Positions 1 through 8,611 of a DNA stretch of 64,000 nucleotides are shown piece by piece. Made by a program: the position numbers and the translations under genes. The notes under the pieces are model-generated. The model saw only the letters and a list, made by a program, of their open reading frames with translations, searched no databases and was not told the origin of the DNA. The DNA is from an uncultured Thermodesulfobacteriota bacterium (GTDB lineage: Bacteria > Desulfobacterota > Desulfomonilia > UBA1062): contig CALOBW010000030.1 of the NCBI GenBank assembly GCA_942491525.1, positions 291,029 to 355,028 of the forward strand, read 5' to 3'. Each line of letters begins with the position of its first letter. Within the stretch, counting starts at the first letter, position 1.

Positions 1-1427
1 AGAAGGCCTTCGTCTCGGCCGTCCTGATCATCCTGACACTGATGATCGTCTCGGGCATCCTGACCCGCATGATCCCGTCCGGCGAGTATCAGCGCGTCGA
101 GATCGACGGCCGCCAGATTGTGGTGGCCGACTCATTCAGCTACATCGACAAGCCCGACTATCCCATCTGGCGCTGGTTCACCGCGCCCATCGAGGTGCTC
201 TGGGGCGACAATGCCGTGGGCCTGATCACGATTATTATCTTCCTGATCTTCGTGGGCGGCGCTTTTGCCATCCTGGATAAGGGCGGCATCCTCAAGTCGG
301 TGCTGGCGCTGGTGGTGAAACGCTTCCAGACGCGCAAATATCTGCTGATGGCCATCATTATCTTCATCTTCATGTTTGCGGCGGCCGTGCTGGGCATCTT
401 TGAAGCCATGGTGCCGCTGGTGATCTTCATCGTACCTTTAGCCCACTTCATGGGCTGGGACTCGCTGACCGGGCTGGGCATGAGCCTGCTGGCCGTGGCC
501 TTCGGCTTCTCAGCCGCCATCACCAACCCGTTCTCCATCGGCATCGCCCAGTCGATCGCCGAGCTGCCCATCTTTTCGGGCGCCTGGCTGCGCGTGATCT
601 TCTTCATCACCATCTACACGCTAACCTTCTGGTACGTGCGGCGCTACGCCAAGATGATCGAGGCCGACCCCACCAAATCGCTGGTCTACGAAGAGGACAA
701 GGCCATCAAGGCCCACTTCGCCCCCGAGCAGATCGAAAAGGATATCGAGCTGGCCAGGGAGCCCCGCATGCGCAACTCCATGATCTTCTTCTCCGTAATC
801 GTGGGCCTGGCGGTCGGCTTCATCATCGTGGCCTCCCAGGTGCCGAGCATCTCCATGCTGGCCTTCCCGGTCATGGGCCTGCTGCTCTTTACCGGCGGCA
901 TCGGCGCCGGCCTGATCTCGGGCATGGGCACATCCAACGTAGCCAAAAGTTTTGCGGGCGGCGCCCTGCAGATTCTGCCGGCGGTGCTGCTGGTCATGAT
1001 GGCCATGAGCGTCCAGCACATCATCGTGCAGGGCGGCGTCATGGACACCATCCTCTATCACGCCAGCGGTAAGATCGCCGAAACCTCCGCCTTCTCGGCC
1101 ATCTTCCTGGTCTACGCCCTGACCCTGGGCCTCAACTTCTTCATCGGCTCGGCCTCGGCCAAGGCCTTCCTGATGATGCCGATCCTGACCCCCCTGGCCG
1201 ACCTGGTGGGCATCACCCGCCAGACCGTGGTACTGGCCTTTGACTTCGGCGACGGCTTCTCTAACATGCTCTACCCCACCAACGCCCTGCTGCTGGTGGC
1301 CCTGGGCCTGACCGTGGTCAGCTACCCCAAATGGATCCGCTGGGTCATCCCGCTGCAGCTGATGGCCTTTGTGATCTCACTGGGCTTCCTGGCCTTTGCC
1401 ACCGCCATCAACTTCGGCCCCTTTTAA
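1..1427 (+). CDS. YfcC-family (DcuC-like) integral membrane transporter, 5'-truncated by the window edge
   Basis: The reading frame is open from nt 3, and the ATG at 42 is probably internal. The polytopic hydrophobic protein matches YfcC/C4-dicarboxylate anaerobic carrier-like proteins (for example DKPDYPIWRWFTAPIEVLWGDNAVGLI and GGAFAILDKGGILKS). Codon usage matches the high-GC host. Confidence 0.65.
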   Translation, partial: KAFVSAVLIILTLMIVSGILTRMIPSGEYQRVEIDGRQIVVADSFSYIDKPDYPIWRWFTAPIEVLWGDNAVGLITIIIFLIFVGGAFAILDKGGILKSVLALVVKRFQTRKYLLMAIIIFIFMFAAAVLGIFEAMVPLVIFIVPLAHFMGWDSLTGLGMSLLAVAFGFSAAITNPFSIGIAQSIAELPIFSGAWLRVIFFITIYTLTFWYVRRYAKMIEADPTKSLVYEEDKAIKAHFAPEQIEKDIELAREPRMRNSMIFFSVIVGLAVGFIIVASQVPSISMLAFPVMGLLLFTGGIGAGLISGMGTSNVAKSFAGGALQILPAVLLVMMAMSVQHIIVQGGVMDTILYHASGKIAETSAFSAIFLVYALTLGLNFFIGSASAKAFLMMPILTPLADLVGITRQTVVLAFDFGDGFSNMLYPTNALLLVALGLTVVSYPKWIRWVIPLQLMAFVISLGFLAFATAINFGPF

Positions 1428-1430
1428 AAA

Positions 1431-1462
1431 CAGGGAGCCCCTTTTTAGGGGTTCCCCACTTT
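1431..1462 (+). terminator. Stem-loop GGGAGCCCC-TTTTTA-GGGGTTCCC followed by a T-rich tract
   Basis: A 9-bp stem with one G.U pair sits immediately 3' of the transporter stop, followed by cacTTTTaacaaTTT. Confidence 0.5.
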
Positions 1463-1511
1463 TAACAATTTCATTATCATTAGATAATTGATGTTAATTT
1501 AAGGAGGTTCT

Positions 1512-1919
1512 ATGCGTTTAAGATCTTTACCGGTTCTGGTGCTTCTGCCCTTTCTCCTGATGGCCTGCGGCAAGTACAACGATGCCATCGAGGTCAACAC
1601 CAAGTTTGTCAACGCCATGGAGAGCTATGCCCAGGGGCTGGATGGGGCTAAATCGGCCGATGATGTGGCCCAGTGCATCAACAAGTTTGCCGACGAGATG
1701 GAGAAGCTGGGCCCCAAGATCAAGGCCGTCAATGAGAAGTACCCCGAGCTGCAGAGCCAGGAGATGCCTGAAGAGCTCAAGGAGCTGGAGCAGCGCACCA
1801 TGGCCCTGCAGATGCAGATCAGCGGCGCCATGATGAAGTCGATGCGCTACATCATGGACAGCGACGTGCAGGCCGCCCAGCTCAGATTGCAGAGCGTCAT
1901 GATGCAGATCAACGGCTAG
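1512..1919 (+). CDS. Small lipoprotein of unknown function
   Basis: An AAGGAGG RBS lies 5 nt upstream. The signal peptide MRLRSLPVLVLLPFLLMACG carries a lipobox (LMAC). The mature part is helical, with Q/E/M-rich charged repeats. Confidence 0.6.
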   Translation: MRLRSLPVLVLLPFLLMACGKYNDAIEVNTKFVNAMESYAQGLDGAKSADDVAQCINKFADEMEKLGPKIKAVNEKYPELQSQEMPEELKELEQRTMALQMQISGAMMKSMRYIMDSDVQAAQLRLQSVMMQING

Positions 1920-3115
1920 CGGGGTTTCTTCTCCACAAAGGTGGAGGCCAGGCCGCCGGTCGCGGTCTCGCGGTAGAGGCTCGGCAGATCGTGACCGGTC
2001 TCCTTCATGGTGCGCACCACCTGATCAAAGGAGATCATGTGCTCGCCATCTGAAAGCAGGGCATACTCGGCACAGTTCAGGGCCCGGGTGGCGGCCATGG
2101 CGTTGCGCTCGATGCAGGGGATCTGCACCAGCCCCTTGACCGGATCGCAGGTCAGCCCGAGGTGGTGTTCAAGCCCCATCTCGGCAGCATACTCGATCTG
2201 GCGCGGACTGCCCCCCAGCAGCTGGGCCGCCGCTGCCGCGGCCATGGCGCAGGCCGTACCGATCTCGCCCTGACAGCCGACTTCGGCGCCCGAGATTGAG
2301 GCGTTCTTCTTGACCAGATTGCCCACCAGGCCGGCCGTGGCCAGGGCCCGCACGATCTGCTGCTCCTTATGCTTGTTCTTCTCATTCAGATAGCGCAGGA
2401 CCGCCGGCAGCACACCGCAGGAGCCGCAGGTGGGCGCAGTCACCACAATGCCGCCGCCGGCATTCTCCTCGGCCGTGGCCAGGGCGTAGGCCGCGATGAT
2501 GCCGGTGCGACGACTGATGTTGTTGAGCTGACGCGACTGGTTATAGACCTGGGATGATTTGCGCTGCAGCTTCAGACCGCCGGGCAGAACACCCTCGGCG
2601 TCCAGACCGTTTTTCAAGGTCTGCTGCATCTGCAGCCAGACCTGACGCAGGAAATCCCAGATCTCCGGCCCTTCACACTCCTCCACATACTTCCAGAGCG
2701 GGTTGCCGCTATCCAGGGCCCAGGCGATGATGCGCTCCATGCTGTGCAGCGCGTAGACCGGCGACGGATCCGGCTCGCCTTCGGTCTTGAGCGCGCCGCC
2801 GCCGATGCTGAAGACCTGCCAACTGCTCAGGACCGCGCCGCCCGCATCAAGGGCCTCAAAGAGCATGCCGTTAGGATGAAAGGGCAGAACAACCTCTGGT
2901 TTTTCGACTATTTCAACATTTTGCAGGGGCTGGCGGATGGCCTGCAGGGTCATGTGCCCCTCGCCGGTGGCCCCCAGAGATCCGTAGAGCTCGACCCGGA
3001 AAGATTCAGCGCCCGGGTTGCGCTGCGCAAAGATCTCGGCTGCCCGCCCGGGTCCCATGGTATGGCTGCTGGATGGCCCCATACCGATCCTGAAGAGTTC
3101 GCGTAGAGATTCCAT
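1916..3115 (-). CDS. sdaA: L-serine dehydratase (L-serine ammonia-lyase), iron-sulfur-dependent, single-chain form
   Basis: The N-terminus MESLRELFRIGMGPSSSHTMGP matches the SdaA signature (E. coli [22 protein letters not shown]). The Cys-containing segment TAPTCGSCGVLPAVL matches the SdaA [4Fe-4S] ligand region. Its stop overlaps the stop of the convergent lipoprotein gene. Confidence 0.8.
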   Translation of the reverse strand: MESLRELFRIGMGPSSSHTMGPGRAAEIFAQRNPGAESFRVELYGSLGATGEGHMTLQAIRQPLQNVEIVEKPEVVLPFHPNGMLFEALDAGGAVLSSWQVFSIGGGALKTEGEPDPSPVYALHSMERIIAWALDSGNPLWKYVEECEGPEIWDFLRQVWLQMQQTLKNGLDAEGVLPGGLKLQRKSSQVYNQSRQLNNISRRTGIIAAYALATAEENAGGGIVVTAPTCGSCGVLPAVLRYLNEKNKHKEQQIVRALATAGLVGNLVKKNASISGAEVGCQGEIGTACAMAAAAAAQLLGGSPRQIEYAAEMGLEHHLGLTCDPVKGLVQIPCIERNAMAATRALNCAEYALLSDGEHMISFDQVVRTMKETGHDLPSLYRETATGGLASTFVEKKPR

Positions 3116-3153
3116 ACTGCTATTATAACTTCAAGAAAGGGGCAGACAAACCC

Positions 3154-3519
3154 TTAGTGATGAGAACAGTCGTGGTGGTCGCAGCCGCCGCCCTGATCAG
3201 TCAGTGAACCGTCGAGCCAGCTCTGGGCGACCTCGCGGGCGATACCCTGACAACCGCGCACAACCTGGATGCCGTTGTTCAGCAGCATGTTGGCTGCGCC
3301 CTGGCCCATGTTGCCGCCCAGCAGGACGCTCACGCCCATCTGGGAGAGGGTCGGAATGATGTTGGACTTGCAGCCGCAGCCCGGCGGCGGGGTCAGCTGT
3401 TCCTCGGCGATAATTGTACCATCCTCAACGGTAACGGTATAGATGGTGAAGGCTTCACAGTGACCAAAGTGGGAATCAACGGCTCCGTCGCGGGAGGGAA
3501 TGGCAATTTTCATGATCAA
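3154..3519 (-). CDS. NifX/NifB-like dinitrogenase FeMo-cofactor-family (DUF-type) small protein
   Basis: This 121-aa protein has MKIAIPSRDG...VDSHFGHCEAFTIYTV and GGNMGQGAANML motifs typical of the NifB/NifX/NafY-like fold common in anaerobes. Confidence 0.65.
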   Translation of the reverse strand: MIMKIAIPSRDGAVDSHFGHCEAFTIYTVTVEDGTIIAEEQLTPPPGCGCKSNIIPTLSQMGVSVLLGGNMGQGAANMLLNNGIQVVRGCQGIAREVAQSWLDGSLTDQGGGCDHHDCSHH

Positions 3520-3579
3520 CTCCTTATTAGTTAGTGAAGACTATCTACACCTGCCAGGAGCGGAATTCAATGCATATAA

Positions 3580-3680
3580 CTATGGGGCCGACTCGCCATT
3601 ACCAGCCGACCCCGATGAAGGCCCCGTCTTGCGTCTTTCGCAATCACGCGGGCCGCGTCAACCAGCTGGTGCGGCCCGTC
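3580..3680 (-). ncRNA. Conserved structured 3'-UTR element, copy 1, downstream of lipoprotein gene 3690..5126
   Basis: On the minus-sense transcript this gives hairpin GGGCCGC-accagcugguugac-GCGGCCC (plus-strand 3650-3677) and hairpin UUGCG-aaaga-CGCAA (3629-3643). The conserved block GACGCAAGACGGGGCC and a distal GGGGCC...GGCCCC pairing (3584-3589 / 3620-3625) follow. All of this recurs with compensatory changes downstream of the paralog (5440..5535). Confidence 0.5.
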
Positions 3681-3689
3681 AGCAGTAGA

Positions 3690-5126
3690 TTAGAATGGGC
3701 CACCCACATGCCACAGGAGCAGACAGGTGGTCATGGGGATGCCGGCAACAAAGTAGTCATAACCGGTATCCAGGGCCATCAGGATATCGATGCCATCCAG
3801 CACTTCAGCAACTTCAGCAGGCATCTCAACCTCTATCCAGCCCAGCTCGGCAAAACCGAGAGCCAGCATCTCAATAATCTCAAAGGTCTCTTCATCATAC
3901 TCTTCAACATTATTGAAATCGATCTTGATCAGCTTGCCGCTCAGCTCACTGTAGGTGAAGGTCAGGGCATGAATCGGAATCCAGACGATCTCGGGCTCAT
4001 AGATCAGAGTTTCAACTTCAGGACGGATCAGCATGGCATCTTCCATAATGGTCATAACACGCACACCATCTTCAAAGACGTTGGTTGTCCGTGCCACCGG
4101 CATGGCGTCATCCAGACAGGGGCTACCACAAGGGCTAAAATGCCCGCCACCCATCAGCAGCGACATGGTCCTGGTCAGCAGACGGCCAGCCTCATCGCGA
4201 ACATATTCATAGATAGTTTTGGGTATCCAGAGAACCGGCGCATCCGGTCCATCGAGCGGGGGATGCGGAATGTGGAATATGGTGCGGGTCTTCTCCTCAC
4301 AGTACTCAGTCTCTGCGCGGTAGACCGGGAATCTGGGCCAGAGTGAACGGTTGAGCGAGGTTTCCTGCACAACCAAACGACCCTTGTCATCATACTCATT
4401 GATCAGAATGTAGTAACCGATCTCAGCCCAGTGGGAAATTGCGGGGTCGAAATTCTCAAAGATGATACCGTCAATATCACCGGCATCATTATACGAGAAG
4501 ACCAGACGGAAAAGCATGCTGTGCAGATTGTGAGGATGGGGTCCCCAATATCCCTCAGCATCAAAGGCCATCTCCTCCTGGCCGCTTTCAACAAAGAGCG
4601 GGGTCAGATCAAAGGTGTATGAGATGAGCCGACCATCATAGCCCATCAATACCTCTCCGGCGGGAACAGGCTCGTCAAAAACCGTCTCAGCAATCGTATG
4701 ATGGATAATGTGCATCAGTATTTCACGAATGCACTCCTGATCATTAAGAACTTCGATAGATCCGACTGTCAGAATTCCCTCTGTCTCGAGAGTTGTCTCC
4801 ATCGTCAAGGTTGCATAGAGCGTTGAACCCAGGAGAACCTCTTCTGGCTCGATTACCTCCAGAACTTCAACTTCAGGATCTACAGGCGCTGGTCCATAGT
4901 CATACCGGCCGATTGAGACGGTCTCTAGAACCATGACACTCTCTAAAACTTCTTCGGGAATAACAGGCTCCTCAGGTTGAGGGCACTCAGGACAAACATC
5001 TTCACCGGCACCTTGACTTTGAGCTGCTAAAGCAAAAGGAATGTAATTATCTTCTTCTTTAGCGCAACCAGATAGCGCTAAGGCTGTGAGGAAGATATAT
5101 AGCAAGGCTGTTGTAAATCGTTTCAT
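3690..5126 (-). CDS. Lipoprotein, paralog A of a tandem pair (unknown function)
   Basis: An AAGGAGG RBS precedes MKRFTTALLYIFLTALALSGC (lipobox LSGC). An acidic low-complexity linker (EED..GAGEDV..PEEPVIPEEV) is followed by a globular region sharing blocks with paralog B (EVLMGYDGRLISYTFDL, ARTTNVFEDGVR, IKIDFNNVEEYDE). Confidence 0.7.
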   Translation of the reverse strand: MKRFTTALLYIFLTALALSGCAKEEDNYIPFALAAQSQGAGEDVCPECPQPEEPVIPEEVLESVMVLETVSIGRYDYGPAPVDPEVEVLEVIEPEEVLLGSTLYATLTMETTLETEGILTVGSIEVLNDQECIREILMHIIHHTIAETVFDEPVPAGEVLMGYDGRLISYTFDLTPLFVESGQEEMAFDAEGYWGPHPHNLHSMLFRLVFSYNDAGDIDGIIFENFDPAISHWAEIGYYILINEYDDKGRLVVQETSLNRSLWPRFPVYRAETEYCEEKTRTIFHIPHPPLDGPDAPVLWIPKTIYEYVRDEAGRLLTRTMSLLMGGGHFSPCGSPCLDDAMPVARTTNVFEDGVRVMTIMEDAMLIRPEVETLIYEPEIVWIPIHALTFTYSELSGKLIKIDFNNVEEYDEETFEIIEMLALGFAELGWIEVEMPAEVAEVLDGIDILMALDTGYDYFVAGIPMTTCLLLWHVGGPF

Positions 5127-5439
5127 GGCGTACCTCCTTGGTGCTACTTATCCTCTTTTCTTGCTTGCGGGGCCTCCTTTAACCGGAGAAAGTTAAGCCT
5201 GACCCGGCAGATGGCAAGGCCAGGAATGCTCTTTTCTGACATTATTCAAAACTACTTTTCAAGGGCGTGAAAAACCGAGTTATTTAAGACAAACTTTTTT
5301 AAGTTTTGGTCTAAAAATGTCCCTTATGATGAAACCCAAAACATAATTAAATCACAACACCCCTGACCCCATTTTTCACATCCCGAGACGGAAAGAAAAA
5401 CTTTGCCATTGGGAAGTCATTTGGGAATAGCTAGATATA

Positions 5440-5535
5440 ACTTGGGGCCAGCAGTTTGAATAGCTGACCCCGTCATATGGCCCCGTCTTGCGTCCTACGC
5501 AACGGACAGAGGCAACCAGCTGTCTCTGCCCCTCA
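5440..5535 (-). ncRNA. Conserved structured 3'-UTR element, copy 2, downstream of lipoprotein gene 5544..6899
   Basis: The architecture matches copy 1: hairpin GGCAGAG-acagcugguugc-CUCUGUC (plus-strand 5505-5530, with a G.U wobble only in the minus sense), hairpin UUGCG-uagga-CGCAA (5488-5502), and the conserved GACGCAAGACGGGGCC plus distal GGGGCC/GGCCCC (5444-5449 / 5479-5484). Confidence 0.5.
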
Positions 5536-5543
5536 TCATCAGA

Positions 5544-6899
5544 TCATAGTCCGATATGACCCAGCAGCCATGAATTAACAACGGGCTGGCTGGCTGCAAA
5601 GTAGTCAAAGGCACCATCGAGCGCCACCAGGATATCAACGTTCTCAATGAAATCGAGCGCATCAACAGGAACTTCCATCTCAACCCAGATCAACTCGGCA
5701 AAACCAAGTGGCAAAAGTTCGGTGGGCTCGAGGGTCATCTCGTCAAATGCAGTCACATTGTTGAAGTCGATCCTGATCAGTTTAGCGGTGATTTCATCAT
5801 AGCTGTAAGTCAGAACATGGAACGGTATCCAAAGGATCTCAATTTCCATTACCTCTTCTACCATAACCTCATGCTCAACTGCCTTGCTCATAATGGTCGA
5901 AATGCGTACACCATCTTCAAACGTATTGGTGGTACGCGCAACCGGGCTGAGCATGCTCAGCTCACAAACCATAGGCTCTTCACCCACCGGACCGGACAGT
6001 AGCGACATGGTCCTGGTCAGCAGACGGCCGGAAACATCGTGAGTATAGTCATAGACAACCTTCCTAGGTCCAGGACCGCCGGCACGCACATAGACCACGC
6101 GCGACTTATCTTCACAGTAGCCGAAGTGAGCTGTATAGACATCCAGGGTCTCGATCTTGATCAGATTAACCTCAACAGCATTGACCTTGACAGTTTTGGA
6201 CATGATCAAAGCCTGCTGCATCAAGATACGGCCCTCGCCTTCTTCCTCATAGGTGTTGATCAACATGTAGGTGAGCAGCTCCGACCAGTTGGATGTCCGC
6301 GGTACAAAGTGGTCAACGATTACGGAGTTGATATGACCCATGGCGTCATAGGTGAAGCGTAGCCGGAAAATGGCACTGAAGAGATCTTCATCTTCTTCAG
6401 CCACATTCAAAGGCCCATTCCAGAAGGCGGTAAGGTCAACGGTATATGAAATCAGGCGACCATCATAGCCCATATGAACTTCACCGGCGGGGATGGGACC
6501 TTCAAGCTCGGTCTCTTCCGGAAGCATGAGACCCAGCAGGCTTAGAACGATTTCATCGGCCAACTCACTGATCTCCAACATGCCAATTGTGCGGATAACA
6601 CCGGCACCAAAGGTGGTTTCAAGTCCGAGAGTCGCAATAATTGTCTCGAGAGGATCCTCACCATAGATGCCAAAATTGATGGCATCCAACACCAAAGCCG
6701 GCTCGGTCACCTCTTCATCGTCACCATCACCATTGTCACCTCCGCCATTCAGATCATCGCCGCCGACATCTTCACCGCCGGCACCTAAGCCCGATAGGGC
6801 AATAGCGTATGGGATATAGTTATCTTCTTCTCTGGTACAACCCGATAGAGCCAGGCTTACTAGGAAGAGTACCACCAAGATTGTTGTAAATCTTTTCAT
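5544..6899 (-). CDS. Lipoprotein, paralog B of the tandem pair (unknown function)
   Basis: An AAGGAGG RBS precedes MKRFTTILVVLFLVSLALSGC, followed by a Gly/Asp-rich acidic linker (GGEDVGGDDLNGGGDNGDGDDEE). Conserved blocks are shared with paralog A (EVHMGYDGRLISYTVDL, ARTTNTFEDGVR, IRIDFNNVTAFDE). Confidence 0.7.
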   Translation of the reverse strand: MKRFTTILVVLFLVSLALSGCTREEDNYIPYAIALSGLGAGGEDVGGDDLNGGGDNGDGDDEEVTEPALVLDAINFGIYGEDPLETIIATLGLETTFGAGVIRTIGMLEISELADEIVLSLLGLMLPEETELEGPIPAGEVHMGYDGRLISYTVDLTAFWNGPLNVAEEDEDLFSAIFRLRFTYDAMGHINSVIVDHFVPRTSNWSELLTYMLINTYEEEGEGRILMQQALIMSKTVKVNAVEVNLIKIETLDVYTAHFGYCEDKSRVVYVRAGGPGPRKVVYDYTHDVSGRLLTRTMSLLSGPVGEEPMVCELSMLSPVARTTNTFEDGVRISTIMSKAVEHEVMVEEVMEIEILWIPFHVLTYSYDEITAKLIRIDFNNVTAFDEMTLEPTELLPLGFAELIWVEMEVPVDALDFIENVDILVALDGAFDYFAASQPVVNSWLLGHIGL

Positions 6900-7183
6900 G
6901 TCGTACCTCCTTGCTGCTAGTTGTAACTCACATCTTGTTCACGGGGCCTCCTTTGAACGGTTTATTGTAAGGACGTAAAGCCTGATAACAAGGGCTTTGC
7001 CGGCATTTTTCCAGAATCGAAACCGATGCAATGCAAGGGTTCAATAACAAGAGTTATTCAAGGCAAACTTTTAATATGTTTTTTCAACAAAAATCATTAA
7101 TGTCGCAAACCAGAGCATAATAAATCAATTTCTTGCCGCCCACGACTCAAAACAAGGGCAGACCAACCTGCAAAGAGAGAAAA

Positions 7184-8314
7184 CTATTTCATACCGAAAA
7201 GCGGCTGCAGCCAGGTAATCCGGCGCACAAAAAACTCAAAGATCAGCATGATCAAAACAAATGCCACGACCGCCAGCAGGATGAATTTAAACCCGGGATC
7301 CAGCGGCCAGCTGCGCATCACAAACCCCAGACCGACAATCACGGTCTGATGCAGAATATAAAACGGCAGCACGGCCCGCGAGGCATACTCCAGCACCCCA
7401 TTACGACCCTTCAGGTAGCGGCTGCCATAGCCCAAAATCGCCACCAGCCAGCACCAGGAATTAAAAGGCAGCAGGCTGCCCCAGAAGAGATAACTGATTC
7501 CGGCGCCCAACTGGCGGTATATACCACTCAAATAGAGCGCCAGAGCCAGACAGGTTATCAGCAGAGCCAGCCCGGCGGCCAGCCGGCGTTCCGACTCCAT
7601 GGCCAGCCTGAAGCGCATATCCAGCCCGACAACGTAGCCGTTGATAAAAAAACCCAGATAGACCGGCAGGGCCCAGCCGCCGAAATCCCTGATCCCCACG
7701 CCCCCCGGCTGCAGGTCAACCAGCAGCTGCACCGCGATCAGAGGCAGCGCCATGATCAAAACCCCGCCGCGGTAGCCGCTGAAATCTGCCAGCGCATCAA
7801 TCCGATAGGTGCGCTGCTGCAGACTCAAAAAGAACGGCAACAGCAGAAGGCTGAATATAAACAGAACCTCCAGATACCAGAGGTGCAGCCCCATCCAGGC
7901 AAAATTGCCGCCAAAAGCGTAAAACCCTTGAAAGTAGTGCGGATAGAATGACCAGAATGAACCGCTGAACTCTCCGCCAACCACCCGCTCGATCCAGACC
8001 TGCAGCGGCGCAATCACCACCAGTGAGCCGAACACAAGCGGCACCAGCAGCCGGCGGCTGCGTTCGATGATAAACCCGCGCAGGCTGCGTTTCTGAAGCG
8101 AAGCGGAGATGCTGATGGCCGAGAGCACAAAAAAGAGCGGCATAATCCACTGGGCCAGCACCATCACCATGATTGTTGCCCAGCCAGTCAGCTGATCATT
8201 CTTGACGTGCCAACCCTCATGGTTGAAAAATCGGGCACAGTGGAAAACAAAGATTACAAGCATGGCCATGACCCTCAGCCAGTCAACATCGTTACGTCTC
8301 GATAAATCTTGCAT
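7184..8314 (-). CDS. Acyltransferase family 3 (OafA/YrhL-like) membrane O-acyltransferase
   Basis: This 376-aa polytopic protein starts DVDWLRVMAMLVIFVFHCARFF, the acyltransferase_3 signature, and has about 10 predicted TM helices. Confidence 0.75.
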   Translation of the reverse strand: MQDLSRRNDVDWLRVMAMLVIFVFHCARFFNHEGWHVKNDQLTGWATIMVMVLAQWIMPLFFVLSAISISASLQKRSLRGFIIERSRRLLVPLVFGSLVVIAPLQVWIERVVGGEFSGSFWSFYPHYFQGFYAFGGNFAWMGLHLWYLEVLFIFSLLLLPFFLSLQQRTYRIDALADFSGYRGGVLIMALPLIAVQLLVDLQPGGVGIRDFGGWALPVYLGFFINGYVVGLDMRFRLAMESERRLAAGLALLITCLALALYLSGIYRQLGAGISYLFWGSLLPFNSWCWLVAILGYGSRYLKGRNGVLEYASRAVLPFYILHQTVIVGLGFVMRSWPLDPGFKFILLAVVAFVLIMLIFEFFVRRITWLQPLFGMK

Positions 8315-8611
8315 AATCCTAATAATAAATTCTGCCCTGCCGATGAACAGGTCAGCCGGCGCGCAACATCTCTCCGCCCTTTAAACATACGACTCTTCCA
8401 TAAACCGAAGCGCTTATTATTATAAGCTCATGAACAGACTGCATATTTCTCGTCCACCGGATAATACTGCTCACAATTCAGAGCCTATATTCATCTGTAA
8501 TCAAGACTTATTCCAAATACAATTCACAATGAGTGAAAAACCAAGGCGCCATCTGAATAAAGAAAACGCGCCCCTCCAAGATTATAAAGATCTGACTACA
8601 AGGAGATAGCG

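Noticed and set aside
3534-4346. 270-aa plus-strand ORF
   Set aside because: It is entirely antisense to the well-supported lipoprotein gene 3690..5126, and its sequence is Gly/His/Gln-rich low-complexity. It is a high-GC frame artefact.
7133-7951. 272-aa plus-strand ORF rich in Q/R/P/H
   Set aside because: It is antisense to the acyltransferase-3 gene and has a low-complexity composition typical of a spurious GC-rich ORF.
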